Notes: generated from the sequence alone by a model not told the origin. Positions 49,045 to 58,274 are shown, counted from the whole stretch's first letter. The stretch: DNA of 58,424 nucleotides, filler included, from a bacterium (GCA_040757115.1; 4 parts of 4 records of this genome joined end to end with filler, not necessarily neighbours in it); one strand, 5' to 3'. Made by a program: numbers and translations.

Positions 49045-51531
49045 ATGGCAGAAAGAAATTTACCTCAGGAGAATGAATTCCAAGGAGAGCAGGTGCTCGG
49101 TTATAAACTCTGCAAGGAAATTGGCAGAGGGAAAATAGGGGTAGTCTATAAGGCGTCACATTCCAGAACAGGGGATATAGCAGCTTGCAAGATAATTCCA
49201 AAAGAAAATTTGAAAAGTGGATGGGAGACCGAAATAGAGAAAATTGCAAAATTGAGTGGTATCTCAACCGTAGCACAATATAAAAAACATGCCGCAGAGC
49301 AAATTAAGGAGTTACCGTATATTTGCATATTTTATGAGTATGTAGGCTATGGAAATAAACCTGCCCTTAATTTAAGAGAATATATAATACAAAATCCTAA
49401 TCAAATCTCCTTGTTTTTTATTGATATATTAGTTCAGAAGATTTTAGAAACTTTTCATGCTATGAAAACTGTTGGTATTAATCACAATGACCTTCATGAA
49501 GGAAATATTTTAATTTTTCATGACCCTCGCTCTATTGAACCAGAAACGCCAATTATAAAAATAACAGATTTTGGAATAGGTGGTTCATACAACAAATTAG
49601 AACCTAAAGATGATTATAAACAGCTAGTTTTAATCTGTCATACCTTGCTTGAGAAATTGAGTTATTCTGAGATGGATGGAAAAGATAAATTTCTTTACGA
49701 CAATTACATTGAGGATTTTTTCCCTAAAAAAGTATTAGAAACTCATCCTACAGAGGGAATATTTGTAAGAAATCCAAGAGAGCTCCTCAGAATTTTTAAA
49801 GAAGAAATCCCTCAAAAGTATTTGGAGGAATATACCAAAAGCTACATATCCAGTATGCCAGCCAAATTAACACATCCTTTTGACTATCTACGGTGTGAAC
49901 AGATAGGTAATTCATTTGAGCTCTTACATCGTCTCTATTCTGAAAAGTTTCTTGGATATTCTGATTTATTAATAAGAAATAATACTATTTTGACAGGTCC
50001 ACGGGGTTGTGGAAAAACAACCATATTTAGAAATATGAGTTTAAAAACACAAATACTCGGAGATAAAATAAAAAAAGGTGAAGATTACAAGGAAAAGTAT
50101 ATAGGAATATATTATCATTGCAATGATTTATATTTTGCATTTCCTTACCTTAAAGAAAAGATTTCTGATGAAAATAGAAAAGCGATAATACATTATTTCA
50201 ACCTTTCAATCTTATATGAAATCTTAGACCTTTTAGAAACTTCAAAAAATAAGCCAGGGTTTGAATTAACTGATAGGACGATAGATGAATTACAAGGTTT
50301 TTTAAGAGGATACTTTCCCTCATACCAAATACCACCTTTAGGAACGGATATTTTGGCTCATCTAAGGTCAATAATTGTTAATGAAAAACGAATTACACGC
50401 CAATGGTTTGAAAAAGGCAGTAATGATAAGCAAAAACCATATTTTACTCCTATGGACTTTATTAGAAAGTTATGTAATTTAATTCAAACGGATATACCAT
50501 GGGCAAAAAATCGGGCAATTTACTTCTTTTTAGATGATTATTCATTCCCCAATATTTCTAAGCAAATCCAAGAAACCTTACATGATTTTATCTTATTTCC
50601 AAGTGAAGGGTCTGAGTATTTTTTTAAGGTTTCTACCGAAAGTATTGTCTCTTTTCACCCATATAGTTCCAAAGGAAAATTATTGGAAGAGGGAAGAGAA
50701 TATGTTGTAGTGGATCTTGGATACTTCTTCTTGCGTGATGATAAAAGAGCCGAGTCGTTCCTTTTCGAAGTAGTTAATAACCGGCTAGAAAATTCCCAAG
50801 AAATTGATGAGGCATATAAAGATATAAAGAAAATTTTGGGAGAGAGTGATTATTCAGCTAATAAACTTGCTTACGAAATTAGAGAAAAGAAGCCGGAACA
50901 TGTCCATTACTATGGCTTGAATATTATAGTTAGATTATGCACTGGAGATGTTGCTCAAATCTTGGATTTAATCAAGCACATTTTTGAACAGGCTGGAGGT
51001 TATAGTCTATTTACTAAAGCAGAAGGAATTGAATTGCCAATTAAGAAAGAGATACAAAATAGGGCAATTAGGGAAGCAGGAAATAAATTTCTAAGTAACC
51101 TTGAAAACTGTCCGAATTATGGTCGAAAATTAAGAAAGATTGCTGAGGCGTTTGGTGAGGTTGCGCATCATTTCTTGATGACAAGAAATTCAAAAAACCA
51201 GGATAAATATCCTCCATGGCAAGCAGTTAGAATTGAAGTAACAGAACCTATTGATTTAAAAGAAAGTACATTAGAGATATATAATGAATTATTGCGTTAC
51301 AGCATATTTATCAGAGATATAGTAGGTAAAAGTCAATGGGGCAAAGTTGCTCCAAAACTTTATCTACGCAGATTATTGATACCAACCTTTTTACTTACTC
51401 CAAGCAAAAGGGATAACATTGGATTAAGCAAAGATAAGTTTTTAAAGTTGTTAAGAAATCCGAAAGGTTTCACAAAGGATATGAAAAAGAAAGAACCAAG
51501 AAGAAAGAGGTTGCAACCAGATGAAAGATAG
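49045..51531 (+). CDS. Ser/Thr protein kinase fused to a P-loop (ORC/CDC6-like/STAND-like) ATPase
   Basis: IGRGKIGVVY, AACK, HNDLHEGN, ITDFG; then GPRGCGKT (Walker A) and YFFLDDYS (Walker B). Confidence 0.85.
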   Translation: MAERNLPQENEFQGEQVLGYKLCKEIGRGKIGVVYKASHSRTGDIAACKIIPKENLKSGWETEIEKIAKLSGISTVAQYKKHAAEQIKELPYICIFYEYVGYGNKPALNLREYIIQNPNQISLFFIDILVQKILETFHAMKTVGINHNDLHEGNILIFHDPRSIEPETPIIKITDFGIGGSYNKLEPKDDYKQLVLICHTLLEKLSYSEMDGKDKFLYDNYIEDFFPKKVLETHPTEGIFVRNPRELLRIFKEEIPQKYLEEYTKSYISSMPAKLTHPFDYLRCEQIGNSFELLHRLYSEKFLGYSDLLIRNNTILTGPRGCGKTTIFRNMSLKTQILGDKIKKGEDYKEKYIGIYYHCNDLYFAFPYLKEKISDENRKAIIHYFNLSILYEILDLLETSKNKPGFELTDRTIDELQGFLRGYFPSYQIPPLGTDILAHLRSIIVNEKRITRQWFEKGSNDKQKPYFTPMDFIRKLCNLIQTDIPWAKNRAIYFFLDDYSFPNISKQIQETLHDFILFPSEGSEYFFKVSTESIVSFHPYSSKGKLLEEGREYVVVDLGYFFLRDDKRAESFLFEVVNNRLENSQEIDEAYKDIKKILGESDYSANKLAYEIREKKPEHVHYYGLNIIVRLCTGDVAQILDLIKHIFEQAGGYSLFTKAEGIELPIKKEIQNRAIREAGNKFLSNLENCPNYGRKLRKIAEAFGEVAHHFLMTRNSKNQDKYPPWQAVRIEVTEPIDLKESTLEIYNELLRYSIFIRDIVGKSQWGKVAPKLYLRRLLIPTFLLTPSKRDNIGLSKDKFLKLLRNPKGFTKDMKKKEPRRKRLQPDER

Positions 51532-51589
51532 GGTTGTCTTTTTTAACCCGTAGAAGTAAGGGAAAAGTAAAAAGTAGGTAAAAGGGAAA

Positions 51590-52708
51590 ATGATGAAAAA
51601 AACAGAGAATAAAGAAAGTTTTGAAGAAATCCTCCCTCCAATTGAGGAGTTAAAGTTAGATAATATTTCCTCCGATGCAACTATAATAGCACCGGCAGGA
51701 TTTGAAGATAGATGTCTTTCATTTTTGGATAAACTTATTATTTCTAACAAGAAAGTTGCAAATGTTATTGGCGTTGAATATGAACCATTTAGTCTAAAAA
51801 ATAGAAAGAAAGAATTTGAAAGTAAAGCCGAAAAGGTTTCTTTGAACAAGGTTGAATGGATAACTTATGATAGATTTAATCCTGAAAATTTTTATGGCGA
51901 TTTTGAAAAGGCAAAAGGGCTTATTAATGAAACGGCTGATGTAATAATAGATGTATCTGGAATGTCAAAATACTTGATAGTCATTCTCTTAGACATCCTT
52001 AAAGACTTTGATAAAAATATAATTATCATTTACTCTGAAGCAGAAATTTACCATCCAACTAAAGAAGAATTTAAATCAAAAAAATCGAAAAAAAGAGGAA
52101 GTCCAGAGGTAATACCTACATTCTTAACAAAAGGAATTTATAGAATAACTCTGACAACATCGCTTTCCAGTATTGCTATGCAAAATGCGCCATTATTGTT
52201 GATTGCCTTTCCCAGTTTTAATTATAAAGAACTTACAGCACTACTGAATGAAATAACACCCCAATATCTCATTGAAATTGAAGGCAGGCCCCATGAACAA
52301 CATAACTATTGGAGACGGGATGCTATTCGTGAGATTAATGAGAGGATTCCCGAGGATTTTATCTTTACTAAGATAGACAAAATAGAACATAGAGAATTGA
52401 CCACTTTTAATTATATAGAAACTGTTTCGGTATTAGATGAAATCTACAAGAAATTTAGATATACACACAAATGTATAATTGCTCCTACAGGAAGTAAACT
52501 TCAATCAATAGGGGTTTTTTTCTTTAAGCAATTGCATCTTGAAGTTCAGATTGTTTATCCTGCCGCAGAGAAATTTACAAAGGGATATACGGAAGGATGT
52601 AGGTATATATGGATGATAAAATTTCCAAACTTTTGTAGTTATATAAAAAGTTTAGAAAACTACTCCAGAGCTAATCTAATTTCGTTAAAAGATTTGGTAA
52701 CCGTTTAG
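51590..52708 (+). CDS. Uncharacterised protein with two CARF/DUF6293-like Rossmann repeats
   Basis: Half 1: [10 protein letters not shown]...IIDVSGMSK...IIYSEAEIY; half 2: IAFPSFN...[10 protein letters not shown]...IVYP. Confidence 0.6.
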   Translation: MMKKTENKESFEEILPPIEELKLDNISSDATIIAPAGFEDRCLSFLDKLIISNKKVANVIGVEYEPFSLKNRKKEFESKAEKVSLNKVEWITYDRFNPENFYGDFEKAKGLINETADVIIDVSGMSKYLIVILLDILKDFDKNIIIIYSEAEIYHPTKEEFKSKKSKKRGSPEVIPTFLTKGIYRITLTTSLSSIAMQNAPLLLIAFPSFNYKELTALLNEITPQYLIEIEGRPHEQHNYWRRDAIREINERIPEDFIFTKIDKIEHRELTTFNYIETVSVLDEIYKKFRYTHKCIIAPTGSKLQSIGVFFFKQLHLEVQIVYPAAEKFTKGYTEGCRYIWMIKFPNFCSYIKSLENYSRANLISLKDLVTV

Positions 52709-52712
52709 TATT

Positions 52713-53133
52713 ATGGAGAAATATTTGCTTTCATTTGGGCAAAATCAGCGGATTCCTTCTGCAAGACAACTTATTTACAAGGATAGGCGAGCAAATCCAC
52801 TTGGAAAAATTCCTGATGATGTGTGGCAATTTTCAAGAATCTGTGGTACCTTTAAAGAACGGATAGGAGAACATCCATGTCAAATGCCTGAAGATTTATT
52901 AGAGCTAATAATAAAAACAAGTTCTAATGAGGGAGATTTAGTTTTAGACCCTTTTGGTGGCACAGGAACAACGGCAGCAGTTGCTAAAAGATTAAAACGG
53001 AATTACATAACGATGGAGATATCTACAGAAATATTATAATGTTATATTGAAGAGAGTGGATGGTAAAGTTGAAATAAGAAGAAATAAAAAGGTTGAGATA
53101 GAAAAGCAGGGAACATTATTTGATATCATATAA
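52713..53133 (+). pseudogene. 3' fragment of an N4/N6 DNA methyltransferase with a frameshift
   Basis: RIPSARQ...DDVW...HPCQMPE...[10 protein letters not shown]; motif IV missing; shifted frame gives [11 protein letters not shown]...KQGTLFDII* ending 3 nt before attC5. Confidence 0.8.
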
Positions 53134-53136
53134 TTT

Positions 53137-53268
53137 CGCTAACCAGTCGTTGCAGCGGACGGCGGGGGACTGTGCTGTGATTGAAAGTTTTGTAGTATCT
53201 CAAGAGGTAATCGTGCTTACAAAGTTTGGTGGCGATTCTCCCCGCCGCCGCTGAACTCATCGTTAGAC
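53137..53268 (+). mobile_element. Integron attC site 5
   Basis: CGCTAAC (complement of GTTAGCG at 47195)...GTTGCAGCGG...CCGCTGAAC...GTTAGAC; 132 bp. Confidence 0.92.
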
Positions 53269-53461
53269 TAATAAAAATAATCACACAGAGACACAAAGTC
53301 ACAAAGGAATTGAATAAAACAATAAACCTTTGTGTTCTTTGTGGCTTTGTGTGAGAAAATAAAAAGGAGATATTTTAGGGTCAACCGTGAATGTGGAATG
53401 CACAATAATTCGGTGAGGCAGAGGAAAAGGAAAAGACAGCGAATCAAAGCTTTTGTCTAAC
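53263..53461 (+). other. Complete ORF-less cassette (copy 3)
   Basis: GTTAGAC...GTCTAAC complementary boundaries; hairpin 53281-53354. Confidence 0.85.
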
Positions 53462-53586
53462 CCTGCGTTGCAGTTGACGGCGGGGGACTGTGCCGTGGTC
53501 AGAGTTTTGTGGTCTCTCAAAGTTTTATCTTGCTATCAAACTTTTGTGGTAATTCTCCCCGCCGCACCTGAACTTTATCGTTAGGC
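53455..53586 (+). mobile_element. Integron attC site 6
   Basis: Same sequence type as attC1/attC3; 132 bp. Confidence 0.92.
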
Positions 53587-53611
53587 TACTGAATGAGTGA
53601 GGATTATATTT

Positions 53612-54496
53612 ATGAAAACGAGTATAGACCACCTTCCTGAGTATAAACGAGAGGAACTGGAAAATATTGTTGGAATCATTCGTGCCTCAGCAAAGGTTGA
53701 GATGATTATTCTTTTTGGAAGCTATGCCCGTGGAGACTTTGTGGAGTGTGATTTTCGATATGATGCTGAGGAGCAACACTTCACAAGTTATGAATCTGAT
53801 TTTGACATCATGGTGATTGTGCGAGAAGAAAAAATTGTAGATGATTTCAAGATTTGGAACAAGGTTGAAAATCAAATTAGACGCAAGATCCGTACACCAG
53901 TAAACCTTATTAGGGAAGATATTGAGCATGTCAATGAACAACTCTCAGTTGGCAGATACTTCTATGCTGATGTTAAAAAGGAAGGTGTACTGCTTTACGA
54001 TTCAAAACGATTCCAACTGGCAAGAGCAAGAAAACTTACCCCAGGAATAAGAAAGGCGTTGGCAGAGGAGGATCATAAACTTTGGTTTCCGAAAGCGAAG
54101 CAGTTTTTTGTGCATTATAAGCTTGACTTTGAAAAAGGTTGGAATAATTTAGGAGCCTTTAATCTCCATCAGACCACTGAAGCTCTATACAGCGGTACTT
54201 CCCTTGTCCTTACAAGCTACAAACCTAGAACACACGACTTAGAGAAATTAACAGAGCGGATGGAGAAGATCGATCTAAAGTTTTGTGAGATTTTCCCAAG
54301 AAAAGAAGGTGAAGAAAAGAGATTGTTTGAACTCCTCAAGAAAGCCTATGTTGATGCAAGATACAGCAAGAATTATAAAATAACAAAACAAGAACTTGAA
54401 TACCTTGCTGAGCGAGTGAAAAAACTACGCAGATTATCATTGAAAAAATGTCGTGAGAAGTTTAAGCAATTTGAACAGGAAATTAAAAAAGCCTAA
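53612..54496 (+). CDS. MNT-HEPN fusion protein cassette (copy 2)
   Basis: Paralog of 45677-46564 with the same motifs. Confidence 0.88.
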   Translation: MKTSIDHLPEYKREELENIVGIIRASAKVEMIILFGSYARGDFVECDFRYDAEEQHFTSYESDFDIMVIVREEKIVDDFKIWNKVENQIRRKIRTPVNLIREDIEHVNEQLSVGRYFYADVKKEGVLLYDSKRFQLARARKLTPGIRKALAEEDHKLWFPKAKQFFVHYKLDFEKGWNNLGAFNLHQTTEALYSGTSLVLTSYKPRTHDLEKLTERMEKIDLKFCEIFPRKEGEEKRLFELLKKAYVDARYSKNYKITKQELEYLAERVKKLRRLSLKKCREKFKQFEQEIKKA

Positions 54497-54509
54497 CCCA
54501 TCGTTAGGC
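54491..54509. mobile_element. Collapsed 19-bp attC at the junction of two convergent arrays
   Basis: GCCTAAC-CCATC-GTTAGGC contains the stop codons of both convergent genes. Confidence 0.75.
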
Positions 54510-55445
54510 ACTACCCGTAAGTATCTCATAAACCCTCAGGTAGATGTTTCCGGTCTGCGCTGCAGCCCGGCGTTTCCTGAGTAGTAGCTGGACGAGGTCG
54601 ATCCTACCTTCCATCACTACCATGAGATCGCTACCGTCCATCAGGAAAATCAAGCGTCGACCTGAGGAATGGGCGCGGACTCCATCCTCAGAGTAGCCGT
54701 TAATGGCAAGATAGAGCCCAAGGGTATTGTCCAGTTTTCGTGAGAGCTTGCCCGCCAAGGAGTCGAGATCCGAAGCACGCACGGGTTCTTTCTGCCACTT
54801 GGCCTCGAGCAAGTAGTCAGTGCCTTCGAACGTGAAGGCACCGTCAATCTGCTCTCCGATCACCTTAAAGGAGGCCTTGGGATCAAGATCAAAGAGCTCA
54901 AAAAGACGACGTAGGATATTCTCAAGCCGGTATCCCCGTGCCTGGGCGTCTTCAGAAGTGAGTAAGTCCAGGTAGGCGATGGTCAACTCTTCCAGCGCCT
55001 GCTGCACAGCATCACTCTTCACCCGACGCTCGTGGGCTTCCTGCCGGCGGCGTTCGATTTCCCGCTCCTCCTCCAGGAACTCGTCGAGGCCGCGGATCTG
55101 ACCTCGGAGTGCATCGACTGCTGACTTTGCACCGGCGACCTTTTTTGCGCCGTCTTCCAGTCTCGCGAGGTGGCTGAAGTCCTCAATGCGCGAGACTTCA
55201 GTCATGAGTTTGAGAAGCTGCCTCTGGTAAACGTCCTCGTTTCTCGCAAGAAACTCGATCAACTGACCTACGATGTTCCACTTGTAGTCTCCCCAGTTGA
55301 GTCTCGACAGAATCGTTGAGTCGGTAAGCGCCTGGGTTAGGAAACTCTGAAGGTCGGACTTGTACCAGTAAACCTGCGTGAGTGCCTCCTTGAGGGCGTG
55401 GAGCGCCGCAGGAGCGATCCTCTTGCATGGGTATCTCTCAGCCAT
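54504..55445 (-). CDS. Mrr-like (PD-(D/E)XK) restriction endonuclease cassette
   Basis: RGYRLE.IL..LF, EQIDGAF, YLLEAKW, GLYLAINGYS, LMDGSDL; visibly GC-richer than the host. Confidence 0.8.
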   Translation of the reverse strand: MAERYPCKRIAPAALHALKEALTQVYWYKSDLQSFLTQALTDSTILSRLNWGDYKWNIVGQLIEFLARNEDVYQRQLLKLMTEVSRIEDFSHLARLEDGAKKVAGAKSAVDALRGQIRGLDEFLEEEREIERRRQEAHERRVKSDAVQQALEELTIAYLDLLTSEDAQARGYRLENILRRLFELFDLDPKASFKVIGEQIDGAFTFEGTDYLLEAKWQKEPVRASDLDSLAGKLSRKLDNTLGLYLAINGYSEDGVRAHSSGRRLIFLMDGSDLMVVMEGRIDLVQLLLRKRRAAAQTGNIYLRVYEILTGSA

Positions 55446-55465
55446 CGTTCATGCCCCCTCCGTGT

Positions 55466-55598
55466 GCCTAACGATTGAGTTCAGCGGCGGCGGGGAAAAT
55501 TGCCACTAAACTTTATAAGCACGATTGCCTATTGAGATACTACAAAACTTTCAATTACGCCACAATCCCCCGCCGTCCTCTGCAACAACTGGTTAGCG
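55466..55598 (-). mobile_element. Integron attC site 7 (minus strand)
   Basis: Reverse complement resembles attC5: CGCTAAC...GTTGCAG...CTGAAC...GTTAGGC; 133 bp. Confidence 0.92.
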
Positions 55599-55652
55599 AA
55601 ATTATAATCTTCCTCCATCGCAATAGATAGATTTCCTTCGCATCTACTGAGG

Positions 55653-56398
55653 TTATAAGTCTTCAAAGAAGATATTTATCCCATCCTTTACTTTGTCATA
55701 ATAGATGATATGTACCCCGATAATTTCTGGTAACATTTGCTTTGATTCGTAGGTTTGGGGGGTTTGATGCTTATGGGAACTTCATCTATATAACCATCTA
55801 TTCCCTTTGCTTCATCCTCAGGGTCAGACATTCTGTATGCTTTCCCTAAGGTTTCGGCAACGCGTTTCATTATAGCCTCTTGGAATTTAAGACCGACAAA
55901 TGTCTTCACAATTACTAAGTCCTTAACCCAGTCCTCAATCATTTGGGCATCAATGAGGCTAATAACCTCTTTGAAGTTTTCCATCATCTGCAGAATTTTC
56001 ATCTTCGCTTTTTCGATAGCCTCAGGGTATTTATTCAAGTACCATTTTTCCCATTCTTCAAGTTTTTTACCTTTGAATTCCTTAATCAGTTCACTCATTT
56101 GCCCAACAACTTCGGGCCTGGTTCCCTGGGCATTTTGATTCGCCAAATTGATAAGTTGGGTAGCGTATTTCGGAAATGAAACAACTTCCGCATCAAGCAG
56201 TTGCGTAATATCAATTCTATAAAGTTTTTGCCTTTTTGTCAACACGAATGCACACGAATAAGAAGCAAATATTCCCCCTTAATAAAGGGAGTTAGGTGGT
56301 TGTTGACCCATAGGCGTTAAAATATAAGGCTTATTAAAGAGGCAAAAATTAACTAAAATTGATATAACTTCCTCATTTTTAATTTTGATTTTCTTCAT
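55653..56398 (-). pseudogene. MjaI-family restriction endonuclease disrupted by a MITE and a poly-C frameshift
   Basis: Removing the MITE restores MKKIKIKNEEVTQLLDAEVVSFPKYATQLINLANQNAQGTRPEVVGQMS; EAKGIDG, SIKP; shifted frame gives TYESK...IIYYDKVKDGINIFFEDL*. Confidence 0.82.
56209..56364. mobile_element. 156-bp MITE with TAA target duplication
   Basis: Imperfect TIRs TATCAATT(C/T)TA-N5-TTTTTGCCT; TAA at 56206-56208 and 56365-56367; internal CCCCCTTAATAAAGGG hairpin. Confidence 0.85.
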
Positions 56399-57704
56399 GA
56401 ATGTTTTCGTCCTCCAATAGCCGCCTTAAACCTTTCATAGTATCGGAACGGAAAAGTTTCATCGAGCCGCACTAAATTCGTTCGCAAAAATGGAGATTAA
56501 TGAAAGTTTTATTTTTAAGATACAAATAAGAGACTAAATGACTGGCTTCATCGTATTTGATCTGGTCAAATTTAAGGTAAATGCTTTGCCCTTTTAGTTT
56601 ATCCCATAACCAGTTAATAGCTTCATTCTCTCTACCCGATACTGCCTTAATACCTATCAATCTCACAATAAGATCATTCGTAAGCTCCATCTCATTCGGG
56701 GTAATCACACGCCTCACGCGTAGATATTCTTCTTTTCCATTGCTATTAATGTCAATTTTCGAGCCGAAGGTCATCTTTCTGGGGTCAATCTTTTTATCAA
56801 ATTGGACTGTATCATGGAATATGTAGGGTAATGTTTGTATTTGCTGTCGATAATCTATCTCCTTCCGTTCTGGTTTAACAATCTCAATAATGCTTTTATC
56901 AAAGATATCTCTTTGCTCGATACCCAATTTCTTTCTAATGATGGGTAAAAAAGACTCATTTATTTCATAACCTATCGAGTTTCTATGAAGTTTTTTTGCA
57001 GTGAGAGAAGTTGTACCACTGCCCAGGAAAGGGTCAAGTACGGTTTCTCCAACAAAACTAAACATTTTAATCAATCGTCTGGGAAGTTCCTCAGGAAACA
57101 TAGCCAGATGATGATCCTGTTTTTCACCAGGAAAATTCCAATGTCCGGCGAAATATTCGTTCCATTCTTCTACGGATAGGATAGATTGTTCCTTTGCTGT
57201 TTTATTGATTTTTGGAGAGCATCCTGGCTTCTTAAATAGTAGAATAAACTCATAATCAATCTTAACAATACCATTCCGTGGATAAGGATATGAACCCATA
57301 ATGGTGGCACCGCCTGTGGTATTGCAGGTTGTTACTTTTTGCCAAATGATGGCTCCCATATAATCAAACCCGGTGGACTCGCAAAATTTGATAATTTCGG
57401 TTCTTATGGGAATTACCTTGTATCGGCCATAATAAACGGCTCTTGCGAATTGGTCTCCGATATTGATACACAATCGACACCCCGTGTGTAGTGTCCGATA
57501 GCACTCCTTCCAGACTAAGTTCAGATTGTTGATGTATTCTTCATATGTATCATGGAAGCCAATCTGGTGAATATTGTCGTAGTCCTTAAGTTGCCAATAT
57601 GGGGGTGAGGTTATAATAAGGTGGACAGAATCATTACTCACCTCCTGCATAGATCTTGAATCGGCAATTATAATTTTATGTCGTGTCATATCTTGCATAT
57701 CCAC
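56395..57704 (-). CDS. SPPY DNA methyltransferase with C-terminal SNase-like domain; frameshift near the 3' end
   Basis: ITSPPY, HLAMFPEELPRRLI, LDPFLGSGTT; VRLIGI...YLYLKNKTFINLH; one more T in the T-run extends the ORF to a TGA overlapping the MjaI ATG. Confidence 0.85.
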
Positions 57705-57736
57705 TTACCCCTTCTTTTGTTTGTCATCAATCGGGT

Positions 57737-57868
57737 AGCTAACAACTGAGTTCAGCGGCGGCGGGGAGAATCGCCACCAAACTTTGTAAGCACGATTACC
57801 TATTGAAATACTATAAAACTTTCAATCACGGCACAGCCCCCGCCGTCCGCTGCAACGATTTGTTAGAC
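57737..57868 (-). mobile_element. Integron attC site 8 (minus strand)
   Basis: Minus strand GTCTAAC...GTTGCAGCGG...CCGCTGAAC...GTTAGCT; 132 bp. Confidence 0.92.
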
Positions 57869-58047
57869 TACTTCAGACCTAAATATTTTCTAATATGTTT
57901 TGCTAAGTCATTATCAATTTCGGTGTGTCTTGGAACAGGTTGTTTCTTACCAGTCGCAGGATTCATATAGAGATCATGGTTAGCTCCTGGTCTTAAGAAA
58001 ATACAACCATCTTTTATAAGTTGACGAACAAATTCTTTTCGTTTCAT
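57868..58047 (-). CDS. hicA: HicA-family toxin (absent from ORF track)
   Basis: MKRKEFVRQLIKDGCIFLRPGANHDLYMNPATGKKQPVPRHTEIDNDLAKHIRKYLGLK*; ATGA overlap with hicB. Confidence 0.88.
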   Translation of the reverse strand: MKRKEFVRQLIKDGCIFLRPGANHDLYMNPATGKKQPVPRHTEIDNDLAKHIRKYLGLK

Positions 58048-58241
58048 ATAGCCATAGCCACTTCTTTTATCTGATGTTCTTCTGGAACTTCATCCATAGC
58101 CATCAGAAGGTACGCATCTTTAATATTTTCTTCTAATTCCTCAATAGTCTCTCCTTGCGTCATGACTTCTGGATGTTCAAGAAGTTTACCAAGCCAAAAC
58201 TTTTCTCCTTTCCAATAAATCATGGTGGTTTTCGTTTTCAT
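58044..58241 (-). CDS. hicB: Short HicB-family antitoxin
   Basis: PEVMTQGETIEELEENIKDA motif; GGAGG RBS. Confidence 0.85.
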   Translation of the reverse strand: MKTKTTMIYWKGEKFWLGKLLEHPEVMTQGETIEELEENIKDAYLLMAMDEVPEEHQIKEVAMAI

Positions 58242-58274
58242 GATTATTCCTCCTGCAAATATTTTATTAACAAA

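Noticed and set aside
51529-51546. TAG followed in frame by GCLF* at the end of the kinase-ATPase (possible CAG>TAG or readthrough giving a Q..LF tail)
   Set aside because: Only five codons; cannot be told from chance without homolog alignment, and other TAG stops here behave normally
47937-52708. Calling the MTase/kinase/ATPase operon BREX/Pgl
   Set aside because: No PglZ, the MTase is far shorter than PglX, and the domain arrangement differs
45677-54496. MNT-HEPN pair as a DGR template/variable repeat
   Set aside because: Differences are spread along the gene, largely synonymous where compared and not adenine-specific; no reverse transcriptase is present
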